From positions 1-44,642 of the forward strand of contig JALDZS010000188.1 of NCBI GenBank assembly GCA_022813965.1: 44,642 bases of DNA. The letters run 5' to 3'. Within the stretch, counting starts at the first letter, position 1. The number at the start of each line of letters is the position of its first letter. This stretch comes from Toensbergia leucococca (taxonomy: Eukaryota). Under the pieces are notes generated by a model, which was not told the DNA's origin, did no database searches, and saw nothing but the letters and a program-made list of their open reading frames with translations. This document shows, piece by piece, positions 34,085 through 44,642 of the stretch. The position numbers and the translations under genes were made by a program.

Positions 34085-34843
34085 GTCAGTTGTGTGTCAT
34101 CTACCTTCACCATTGTATGCAATTTAGGACTAACATTGCAAAAAAATCCATGAAAATATTGGTGATAGCGAACGCCCCCAAGGTAACTCGGTCTCTTTGA
34201 CATTTCAGTATATTTCAGGATTCTTACGTCTTTGGCAGTACTAATACAGCAGATCATACAACACTGTGATGTGGTTGTGCAACAGTAAGTTAATTCTGTA
34301 CACGTGTCTAAGATATTACAGTATCTCACGGTTTTACTGAGTCAAAACGGAGTAGATTGTACTTTGATTGTGAACCATTTATTGTCTATACATATAGAAA
34401 GTGACATCGCCTTAAGGCGATAGTAATCTGGGAGTACGTCTGTCACAATAAGAGACATATCATTTACGGGATTCTAAATCCGGCAATGTTTGCTGAGGTA
34501 CGGTACTTATCTTCAGCTCGATAAAATAGCTTGTACTAGATTGAGATATTCTGAGAGTTACACAGCCATCATCAATTTGCTCATTGCACTTCCATATGTC
34601 ATTGAAGAATTCGAATGAGCATCTTCATTTCTACTCGACCCTTTCTGATGATGTTGCTGGGAAAGAAACAAACATGCACTTAGCTACGCCAGCCCAAGGC
34701 TTCGACACCCCAAGCTTAGATCTAAATCCATCACAATGTCAGGCACAATTTGCATCCCCGAGACGAGGGCATTGTCACTCATAAAGTAAAACAAACACCT
34801 ACTGGCTCTGAAACCGAATAGCAGAGTAAAAGGTGTTAGCAAC

Positions 34844-36794
34844 CTATATAGCCTTTGTCCGAGAGAATAAACTGCTGTAGACAGCGTCAACGACTGGCTG
34901 GGCACTAATCTGGCGCCCTCCGAAGAATCTACCGTTGAGGCCTTTGATAGCATTCTCGCCGCCTTGAACGCGGTCGAACTTGAGGTAGATATCGCCCTGC
35001 GTGTTGGGATCTAGAGCAAGGTGAACGACTTTACCGTATTTCTCATTACACTCAGCCCGGACATCGTCTTCGAGTTCTTTGATCCACGCTTCTCCCTCCT
35101 CACTGCAAAATCATTAGCATGAAGTTTTTCGAATTAGTTTGGTCGACTTACTCTGTAGGATTGAACATGTTCCTAAGTAAGACGCATCTACTGGCCATGT
35201 TCACACTGACAGGCAATGGCTTTGCCTCGGCTTTGGGCTTCGCGATCTTGCGTTTCTCGTCGGCACCATTCGTGTCAGGTGTAGGCGGCTCATCTGTTCT
35301 CGCAAGTTTCCTCATCAACGCATCTCTGCTATAATTGTTGAAGTTCACACCGGCAACATCAGTATCATCAAGAGCGCTAGCCCCACCGCCACCCTTGTCG
35401 TCGTTTCGTCCTCCAGCACGATCGAATGCACCACCGGCGCCGCCTGCTTGGGCACCGCGGCCTCCGTGGCCAGAGAAGGCAGAACCCTGGTAGTTGCGTT
35501 GGTGGTCTTGCCCTTGGAATCGTTGTAGAAGATTCGCTGTGGACTCAGGGGTAAACTTATCATTACCGAGGCCAACCCGAATAGGGCGCCCGGCAAGATC
35601 AAACCCATTCATTTTCTCTAAGGCTTCCCGAGCTTGGTTAGGATCACGAAATCTAAAGAGATCAGTAAAAATTTGTCGGAGAAATCTGCCGATTTACTCA
35701 CTGAACAAAACCATAACCTCTGCTTCGTCCCTGTTCTTCCTTCTGCAATTGGACGAATTCGAGTTCGCCAAACGGTTCAAAAACGTTCTGTAAATCGCTC
35801 TCGGTGATACTGAAGTGAATGTTTCCTACGTAGAGCCTATGAAAAGGGATCTGGTTAGGGTTGCTGTTGGTAGCTTCTGGATTTCGAGCCTGACGGTTCT
35901 TCTCTGCTTCCGTAAGCTGGGCAATGATCGGTATGCCTAGGAGCTTCTGGCCAGTAAGCTGGATAGCTAGAGGCACCGACTCTTCTTGCTTGAACTCGAC
36001 ATAGCCGACGCTACTTCATGTTAGTGAATGTTGATTAAAACACTAAAACCCGAGAATAGTGAAGTTTCTCACCCTTTTGATCTTCCGCTGACTCGATCTT
36101 TCACAATCTGAGCCTCCTTTACGGGACCAACCTTCTCAAAAAAAGCAATTAGCTCTTTAGTCCTTAGTCTAGCAGCGAGTTGCTGAACAAAAACAGTGCG
36201 CCGATCGCGCTCGTCCTCTGTCAGCTGGGGTGTAGGAGATTTGCTCTTCACTCTCTTTGGGCTCGGTGTTCGCTTCCGACCGGTATTGCGCTCAGGGCGT
36301 GGGCTTCTGTCTCTGACTCTCTCTTCTTCGTCACGACGGCCTCTGCCACCAGGTCGGTAGTATCTATCATCATTAGGCGACCTAGACCGAGTACGAGCAC
36401 GCCCACCACCACGATAGAAATCTCCGCCCGAAGCGCGGAAAGGATCTTCCGGGTCTATTGAGTCTCTGTGACGACGTGAGTGGCGTCGATCGCTGTCTCT
36501 ACTACGACTTCTCTTTTTAGTGCGATGAATATCGTTTGCACTGCCCCGCTCGCTCTTTGGGCTCTTCATCGTCTCACCACCATCAGCATCTTTATCCCGC
36601 TTGCCTCGCTCTCGACTCCTATCACGTCGCTTTCGATCCCGGTCTCGGTCTCGACTACCATCACGATGGCGGTCTCGATCTCGGCGATCGCTCTTGCGTC
36701 GATCGTCGTGGTCTCTAGACCGAGTATCTTTGGTATCGGGAGGGACTGCATTGGCAGTGGAATCTAGAAGTGCTTCGACGTCAAGGCCTGACAT
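34844..36794 (-). CDS. RBM39: RBM39/CC1.3-family splicing factor (Rsd1/Pad-1): RS/RD-rich N-terminus, two RRMs and a C-terminal UHM, 4 exons
   Basis: [78 protein letters not shown], and the end [29 protein letters not shown] at 36794. Confidence 0.93.
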
Positions 36795-37375
36795 ATTTGC
36801 GATATGATGAGGATAGTCCTGTGCTGGTTTGCGCCTCACGACGACAAGGAATAGGAGTTCACTTTGGCTGGTCAGAGATATCACCGATGTGACAACGTTT
36901 GAGCGAACCCTTTTTTTATATTCTATAGCACAAAAGACGCCACTCCGCTTCAGCCAAGGGAATGATACCGGGACTTCGTATCCACAAGCGGCAAAGCAAT
37001 ACTATGCTTCGTAGAGTATGACAAAGTGAGAGGTTGATGGTGAAAGTTGATTGCTCACCCTGCTTGGCAGATGAAGGATTAATCGGGGCGGGAAACCGGC
37101 ACTGTATTGTCCGAAATATGATATCACGTGCACGAGTCTTAGATTTTACGAACTCTGCTCGTACGAGTACAACGATTGTGTCATCTACGTTCGCTCAATA
37201 GCTCAAATTGAATAATTCGACAGAGACTTCAATCAGGTTGGCGAATACGCTCCTAATAATAAGGTGCTTAAAAGAGAGATATGTACAATACGTCTACACT
37301 TGTAAGTTCCGAGGGTCACCCAACACCAATCTCGTACCTATGCGATGAGAGAACCAGAGAATGATTTGTGATGCC

Positions 37376-38658
37376 TCATGCGGCTTTAGCTGCCTTTGGT
37401 GGTGCGAGTTCAGTGCCGAAAACGCGATCCCAGAAGCGGCTAGTAACACCAAACCCATTCTCGTAATCTGCAAAATGATGTTGCAAGTGGTACTTCTTGA
37501 GCTCCCGGTAGTAGGATGGTAGCCTGCAACGATGTCAGCAAGGGTTATGGGAAATTCTATCAGTATACTAACGTCCGGTGATGTAGAAAGTAATGCGTTA
37601 GGTCGTAACATATATATCCAAAGATCCCACCGCTGAACACGGCCGTTGCCACATACCAATCCCAATAAAAGACAGCGTGAGCCAGCTTGTAGAATGGTAT
37701 GGCAAGCACAACAAACAGAGTAGGCGGCATTACTAATCGCAGCTTGTCCATTGGGAGGTAATGGTGAATGCCGTGGAGGAGAAAATGGGCAGTGATACCA
37801 ACACGATTATCCGGAAGGTAACTAGGAATTGTTAACAAAATACAGTATTATTCAACGACAAATTACTGACTTGTCGACGTGAAATAAGCCTCTGTGTAAA
37901 ATGTATTCAACGAGCGTCCACAGTCCAAGTCCGGTGAGCCAATATGCTATTGCCTGAAAGGCAGTCGGCAGACCAAGGAAAGCGAGAAAACTTCCGTATG
38001 CAACAGGTGGCAGCCAAACCACCGGAACAACCCACCATGGCGTCTTACTCAATGGCTCAAGAAAGTTACCAAACAATGGGGCTGATTCCCCGCCCTTGTA
38101 ATGCCGAGGACGATGAACTTGCTCCAGGTAGAAATCTTTACTGAAGCCGCCGTTCCAAACTTGCATGAAAAGAGGTCTATTGAGATCCAGGAATTGATGG
38201 GTCCGATAATCGGAACGCGCGTCAGTCTCGACAGAGAGATCTTCCGCCGACGATAAGCCTGTATTCGCAAACAAAGGCTTCGGTAAGACACCTTCCACTA
38301 CCCCATTTGCTTTGAGCTCCTCCATACCTTCATTATTTGGCGATAGTGGAAGTATATCGTCCGGATGTTGGCTCTTCGTAGCGGTCTCAATAATGGTTTC
38401 TGTAGCCACGAAACCAATCAAATGTTCATCTAGAATATCATACGCAGCCTCTGAGTGTGTGTGTGATATCTCATCTTTCATTATTTCAGTCACATCTTTC
38501 CCTCCGTATTCCACTATCAGTTCTCCGCCACCAGGATGATCTTCAAGGAAGGGTGTAATATCGAAGACTTTGGTACCCATGGTGACGTAGCATGATTTTG
38601 ATGAATTGCGAGTAGCAACATCCTGGGACAGTATTGTGGGAAGGGTCCGTCCGGGCAT
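37376..38658 (-). CDS. SCS7: Sphingolipid fatty-acid 2-hydroxylase with cytochrome b5 domain, 3 exons
   Basis: Cytochrome b5 motif DHPGG, QVHRPRHY, and His boxes EYILHRGLFH, LHGIHH, HYFLHH and YHLQHHF, ending GFGVTSRFWDRVFGT. Confidence 0.95.
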
Positions 38659-39019
38659 GGTTTCAGAATGGATTTGAAAAATTGTAGCTCGAGTAGAATG
38701 TCTGTCCTTGGAAGACACAGTCCTTGTTTCTGTAGCGACTTCGTGCGCGCAGTTGTGACAGAAGTTGTAGGTATGTAGATAGGTATGAATTTTCAGTTCA
38801 GCTTGAGCGTTGACTGACTGCTGAAAAATGTATCAGATGATTCCATGGTCTGGCGAGTCTCGGTGGCAAGAGTCATGGATTAACTATCGGAAGCCGGGAG
38901 AAGCCGTCCCTCCAATTACTAAGATGAGTCCTCTACTTCAACCTCATCTCCTTTTCTTGTTTGTCTTTTTATGGGAAGCCGTCATGAGTTTCACTCTATA
39001 TCTGTAGAGTCTGTGATTT

Positions 39020-39493
39020 AATGGAATCCAGACACAAGGTTCTCTTTCTGCCACACAGTAGAGTAATTCCAAAAAACACTCAAGTCATTATTACAGATTC
39101 AATTATCAGAGACTCAGGGCCTCGCCAACAATCAACGGATGTAAAGATATCATCTCATTCATTTCCTATCAATCGCAGTCTAATGAATAAGATCACGCAC
39201 ACCTCAACTTTTGCTCAAAATTGTGATGAACAGTTGATACTGCTTCATAACCCTTCCTTTGTTAGTATCATTTTGCATGTCTTGCGCAATACCAATTTTA
39301 GAAAATTAGTATCCGTAATGTGTAAAATCGTATCTCCTAATAGTTATCTTAGACTTCTTTTGTTGCTCCTGAATTATTCAGAAGCGATACTTCCAGAGTC
39401 GTTGAGTGGCAAGATCCAACTCCCAATCCCAAGTCCATTTATTATGGCAAGAAGAAACCATCATTGGGAACATGATAATTTGAAGTGAATCAT
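39020..39493 (-). pseudogene. Possible decayed secreted-protein relic
   Basis: From the ATG at 39493: MIHFKLSCSQ*WFLLAIINGLGIGSWILPLNDSGSIASE*FRSNKRSLR*LLG. This has a signal-like hydrophobic stretch and a KR site, interrupted by TGA/TAA stops each one C-to-T change from CGA/CAA. The region is AT-rich. Confidence 0.25.
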
Positions 39494-40188
39494 CTTGGCA
39501 GCATGACGTGAGTTATGTGTTTTGAGATTCATTGGTTTATATTCTTAAACTAAGCTACTCTTCACATATACCGGGACGGATGGTGCAGTGGGACTAAACT
39601 CTTCACTTGCCCATTCTATAAATTCCCATACCGAATTATCTCGGTTCGATTCCCGATAGTCTCAAATGTTATTAAGCATTATAGCGGCGTATTTGAACGG
39701 CTATTGGGGGGCGGCCGAAATAAAGGTACTTGGTATATTTTTGCCTTTTTTTATGGCTGATTTCACTTACGCTTCAAAGACTGATTTTCATTTCTGAATG
39801 TCTTTGGTCTTCGCTTATCCTACTACTCTCTTACTTCTAGCTTCCTCTGTTTTCATGGCTTATATTTTCTTGAACACAGTCAGTCAACACGACGCACTAT
39901 GATAGAACGCATCAAGAGCTCCTTCACTTCCGTCTCTTATTTTTTAGTCTATCTAAACAATTGAAAGAGGTTGTAAGCATGAGAGTTGTAGAAAAGCAGT
40001 TGAGGTAGCTTTCGCTTCAATAGAATTCATATAGCCATGTCCATGATATGACCATTTTCACAACATACCTCGAGACCAGAAGACCACTAGGGACAAATTC
40101 ATCTATGCAACCCTTCTGAACACTGCAGACGATCTTTTCCTCTGCTCACAACTAATTTCCTCGCTGAGCTGCACTTTCTTCTCTAATC

Positions 40189-41190
40189 ATGGACAACAAA
40201 CTCTATCAAGTTGGTAGCGGGGCATCGTGCAAAGTGCGGCACTTCAACCACAATCTTCAGCCTGTAGTTATGCTAATGGAGTGTCCATAGAAAGTTACCA
40301 CTGGTCAGATTCCTTATTTAGCATGGCATAAAGACCTTCTCATGCGCAATATCAAGAGGAGCATCGAATTCAGGCTTGACAGTGAGCAACGACCTAGCAT
40401 CAGAGTCTCAGAAGGGTAGCTTATATCATGATAGACGGTTGGGTATTCGTCCTACAAAAGTTGCCGCCTGCCGAATATTGGGCCAAGAGAACTAGATGTG
40501 GACTCGATCCTTACTGCTCATCACCTAATAGAACTCCCGAAGCAAGTTCCTATCGCTTGATACTCGAGTCAAAACGTAGCCTCATGCTTTCCAAAATCCC
40601 GATTGATGCCATCGAGGGATGGGAGCGACTGCAGCAGGATGCCCGTAGCACCACAATTTTATGCACCAAAATACAGGCCTCTCCGCAGACAAAGACTACG
40701 TATACGAAGAAAATTGATGTCGCTACTCCATACTGCCTTGAATGCATTGAGAAGCTTTGGGACGGACATGGCATGGTGCACGAGGCAAGCACGCTGACCC
40801 CCAGCAGTTCGCTCACTGCAATCTTGTCCTCTTTGTACCCAGAAACCCGCGCAGATCCTAATAGATCAGGTTACTACACTATCACTCCTCCACAGGCCTA
40901 TGGCCTTGAAAAGTGGAAGGCTATCGCTAATTACAGAATCACTATCATGAACCTAAAAAGGAACGGCCTTCGCCTGGCAGATCACTCAGTCTGGAAAAGG
41001 GAAGTTTTACCTTTCAGACGAGGCTAGAGCACTGAAAGGCACAATGGTAGTTGGAGGGGCAACGGCTGAGATATCTACTGTTGAGGCACAGGACAAGAAG
41101 CTCAGCGAGATCCTGAAGTACATCGACGACATAGTGGAAGAAGAGCTGATGTTGATGTTATCTAGTAATCGCGATACCATGGAAAAATGA
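40189..41190 (+). CDS. Hypothetical Cys-containing protein, 3 exons; C-terminus at 41027, or at 41190 if a 1-nt frameshift in the A5 run at 40955-40959 is corrected
   Basis: Exon MDNKLYQVGSGASCK, intron GTGCGG..GCTAAT..TAG, exon KVTTGQIPYLAWHK..RLD, then intron GTGAGC..TAG joining the 199-aa ORF (C-x5-C ... C-x2-C). Confidence 0.55.
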
Positions 41191-41796
41191 GGGGAGGATG
41201 AGGAGTCTGCCGAGGGGAAGTCCCTTCATATGTTTCCATTTGGCTTGTGTTTTCATTGGGAGTTGGGTATATAGATGAGGTGGTATCCCATCAAAAGTCC
41301 TTATCGAATAGAGAGTCTTTCGACCAATTAGTTAATCCAAAACTCATCCATCCAAATGATCACCGATTCCTCAATGAACTTCTATTCATATAAATATCGA
41401 TCCTAAACCTCAATAGCTGAAAGATATGGATTGGGTAGATCCGGGACCTCGGGGGAAAAAGAGGGAACGCAAGGGCAGTGTGAAACTGGCCTTGCGATTG
41501 CGGGGGCCAAAGCCACCAAGGCAAGACGAGTTGTAGAGTAGTGTTGGATAGTGGTCAAGGGGTCAGTAAATAAGCGCGCTGTCAATATTTAAGCGGCGTT
41601 TACTCTACCTTTGTGTTGGCGGCAAGAGAGCAAGGCCAGTACCAACACCGCAGTCAACATTTGGGCCATCTCTAGGATATGAAGCCATTGCAAGTCTTTG
41701 GAGAGACCCATAATCCATTCACTTGAGTCTGTACCAGCTGTTCCAGTTCTCAATTGAGTCCGATTTCCCACTTCTCTGTACTCGTCTCGAAATATT

Positions 41797-43026
41797 ATGT
41801 CCCCAATCGAAGCACCTCGCACCCAATCCTTCTCCACCCGTGCCGAACTCCCCACTACACCCCCACTAACCTCCTACCTCCTGCATCTCATTTCCATCAA
41901 GCGCTCCAACCTCTGCGTCTCCGCCGACGTCGAATCCACCAACGAGCTCTTGCGCCTCGCCGAAGAAGTAGGCGAGCACATCTGCGTGCTGAAGACACAC
42001 GCGGACATCATCCGCGATTTTTCCGACCGCACGATCAGAGGCCTGCAGGAGATCGCGCAGCGGAAGAAATTCTTGTTGTTCGAGGATAGGAAGTTTGGAG
42101 ATATTGGGAGTATGCCACACCCTGGTTGATTAAGAATTGCGAATTGAGGCCCCCTTTACCGCAGGCTAATCACCCTCCCCCAAAACACAGACACAGTACA
42201 AACTCAGTACGCCCGGGGTACCCACCGCATCGCCACCTGGGCCCACATAACAAACGCTCACCTCTTCCCCGGTCCAGCCCTAATCCCCGCCCTCCAGACC
42301 GCCGCAGCCCAAACCCTAAGCACCCTCTCCCGCTCTGTCTCCACCTCCATAACGACCGGCACCCCCCGCCTGAGCATATCCTCCGTTTCCGCCTACAACG
42401 CCTCCTCGTCCTCGTCCTCCGCATCCTCCGACGAAGAAGACCTCCCGCACCCCCGCTCCGAGACCCGCAGCCCTAGCATCGTCACCGCCACAACCACCAT
42501 CTCGCAAACCTTCGAGCTCTCCTACCGCCCGCTGCACTCGCTCGCTCGATCCGTCTCCGCGGGCGAGGGCGAGGATGGCGATCGTGAGGAGGCGCTGCTT
42601 GCGTTGGGAGAGCCCCCGCTCGCAAGGGGATTGCTGCTGTTGGCGGAAATGAGCAGCGAGGGCAATTTACTCACGCTCGCTTATACGCAAGCATGTCTCG
42701 ACGCAGCACGCGAACACTCTGACTTTGTGCTGGGGTTTATTTCCCAGAAATCACTCAATGAGCCTGGGGAGGGAGATGCATTTTTGTGCTTTACGCCGGG
42801 GGTCGTTTTGCCTCCCGAGGAAGAGGAGGAGGAAGAAGAGGCGGGTGCAGGGAAGGGAGACGGGCTGGGACAGAGGTATCGGACGCCTCGGGTGGTGATT
42901 TTGGGGGAGGGAGTCGATGTTATTATTGTAGGGCGTGGGATTTTGGGGGCAGATGATAGGGGTTTGGAGGCTGAGAGGTACCGGAGGGCGGCTTGGGCGG
43001 CTTACGAGGAGAGGGTGAGTAAATAG
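41797..43026 (+). CDS. URA3: Orotidine-5'-phosphate decarboxylase, long form, 2 exons (41797-42109, 42191-43026)
   Basis: SNLCVSAD, LKTHAD, catalytic FEDRKFGDIG|NTV split by intron GTATGC..GCTAAT..CAG, GLLLLAEMSSEG, TPGV, GDGLGQRYRTP and IIVGRGI. Confidence 0.97.
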
Positions 43027-43566
43027 TTTGGTAGTGGATTAAAGTTGCGGTTAGCGATGGCGTTCGTTTCCCTGGGGATAAAGGAGGGACTAGAGTGGCG
43101 TTGGCGAAACGGCCTCTGGGGACGGGGCGGTTTGTAGGAGGTTTGGGGATTGGGGTTGGTGTTTTTAGACGGGATGATGGGGGCAGAAATGTCTCAATTC
43201 ATAAAAAAGGGGGGTTTTCATTTAGAAAAAGTGCAGGTTTTCTTCGCCCTGATACATAAGGTGCTCATAGAGTCGTCCAAGTTAGATTTGGATGCTAGAC
43301 TTTATTTATTAGAATTTATTTTGAATTCATTAAAAAACACTCCTGCCATTACGGGTAGAGGTTTATAAGATGCTTTCTGTATCCACTAGACACTAACATT
43401 TCATACACAGGCCGAAGGTTCAGGATACCATCTGTACAGGTCCGGCACAAAGCCGAAAGAACATTGGCAGGGTATCAATGCTGTAATATATCCCGATTCC
43501 TGCCCGCTGTTTCCAGCAGAAATCAAAGGGACCATAAATCCCAGTAATATGCAGCTGGCGAGTTCC

Positions 43567-44637
43567 TTATGGAGATACGTTCATCATTTCCATCTCCCTT
43601 GAATCGTCGCTAAAGGCTTCCAGCTTGACACCACCGTCTTCCAAAGCGAGGCTGGGCCCCAGAGGTGTGGCAGGGTTGACAGTCTTCGGTTTGTAGTAAT
43701 ATCTGATATCAGATGGTTTTGGAAGGGGCTCGGGGGGACAATATTGGATCCCCACGAGCTTTCCGGATGATGTGATGATTTGACATTCGTGGAATTTGAT
43801 ATCATCATATGTGACACTAGGACGCGCTGTAGAGAATTTACCGTTGACTGCTTTCTTGAGTTTGTTCTTCCCATTCGCGGCTTGCATAGACAAGCCATTC
43901 CCGAATTTGTGATTCTCAAACTTTTGCAGCCGGTTTACCGCGTTCAGTCTTTTCCTCGATAACGGGATGTTAGGGTCTAATTTGAATTTTTTAAAATCGT
44001 CTTCCGCTTGCTTAGCACGGAATTCTTTGCGTTGTTTATTCTTAAAAGAACGTGCGGCCCTTAGGCTGTCTTCTGGGCTGACTCCAAGTTCGGCAGAAAT
44101 TATGTTCTTCAACTTTGATATGCGTTCTTGCTTGATCTGGTCACTATCTCGAAAGTGCAATTTGGCCTCGGAAATCTCATCGTGAACCTGAGCATCCACG
44201 GCAGGTTGTGTATGATACACAGGGTAGTCTTCTCCCAATCTCAAGCCATTGATCTCGTGAAGTAGTCGGTCGTCACTCATAAAAGATGGAAGTGCCCGCT
44301 GATTCTGGAGATCCTCATAGTTTCGAGCACCAGAATCGATGAATGCATGACGTCCTGGGCGTCGGAGGACTGGCTCGGAGTAGTTGGGCGGAGAGGATCT
44401 TGCCGGACTCAGTCGAGTGGCGTACTTGGACGGAGATATTGGAGAATTATTTGGCGCAACGTTACCCTCTTTTTCGAACGTGCTTTCTTGGCGAGACTCG
44501 ATTGGTGTGGAGGGGCGTGCAGAAGCACGGTGGTCGATGAAGGTTTCAGGAACCTCTATCGGGTATGAGGACTTGAATGAAAGCCATTTACGATCTGTCG
44601 GTTCCTTTATTGATAGGTTAAATATGGACAGCCTCTC
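43567..44637 (-). CDS. Hypothetical Lys-rich protein, partial (internal or terminal exon; 5' end outside the window)
   Basis: The frame of the 237-aa ORF stays open without an ATG upstream to about 44637, implying an exon entered by splicing near the window edge. A possible extra intron may begin near 43578. Confidence 0.6.
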   Translation of the reverse strand, partial: ERLSIFNLSIKEPTDRKWLSFKSSYPIEVPETFIDHRASARPSTPIESRQESTFEKEGNVAPNNSPISPSKYATRLSPARSSPPNYSEPVLRRPGRHAFIDSGARNYEDLQNQRALPSFMSDDRLLHEINGLRLGEDYPVYHTQPAVDAQVHDEISEAKLHFRDSDQIKQERISKLKNIISAELGVSPEDSLRAARSFKNKQRKEFRAKQAEDDFKKFKLDPNIPLSRKRLNAVNRLQKFENHKFGNGLSMQAANGKNKLKKAVNGKFSTARPSVTYDDIKFHECQIITSSGKLVGIQYCPPEPLPKPSDIRYYYKPKTVNPATPLGPSLALEDGGVKLEAFSDDSREMEMMNVSP

Positions 44638-44642
44638 TTAGA

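Noticed and set aside
34780..34872. Alternative last intron in RBM39 giving a CaaX-like end (CFTL)
   Set aside because: A branch site and acceptor exist after the stop, but the only suitable donor (GTTTAT) is poor and the unspliced C-terminus is the conserved-looking one.
18607..38658. Lipid-metabolism cluster (PIS1, SCS7, YJR098C-like hydrolase)
   Set aside because: The genes are 8-18 kb apart and interspersed with unrelated housekeeping genes, with no shared regulator or motif seen.
39021..39488. 155-aa plus-strand ORF as a real gene
   Set aside because: AT-rich with atypical composition and no motif; more likely incidental.

Overview
Eukaryotic fungal DNA, most likely a filamentous ascomycete (Pezizomycotina), judged from short GT-AG introns with CTRAY branch sites and the gene orthologues. 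Recognisable intron-containing housekeeping genes are sideroflexin FSF1, a YJR098C-like alpha/beta hydrolase, a PHD-finger protein, an S10 serine carboxypeptidase, PIS1, a Ptc6-like PP2C, the RBM39/Rsd1/Pad-1 splicing factor, SCS7 and a long-form URA3/pyrG. There is also one tRNA-Arg(TCG) and several hypothetical genes. The most unusual parts are: (i) an uncharacterised coiled-coil gene (23297-24818, minus) apparently flanked by a multi-intron 5' leader and a 3' trailer with about five introns and micro-exons, the first intron starting 3 nt after the stop codon; (ii) a roughly 8.5 kb tract (about 25.9-34.4 kb) with no intact gene, holding decayed coding fragments including a Polo/Cdc5 kinase piece, transition-mutated tandem duplications and a minisatellite; (iii) abrupt C-rich to G-rich strand switches inside several coding sequences. 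No transposase, Starship captain, rRNA or CRISPR array is evident. All exon models and family assignments were read by eye and are unverified by database search or RNA-seq.
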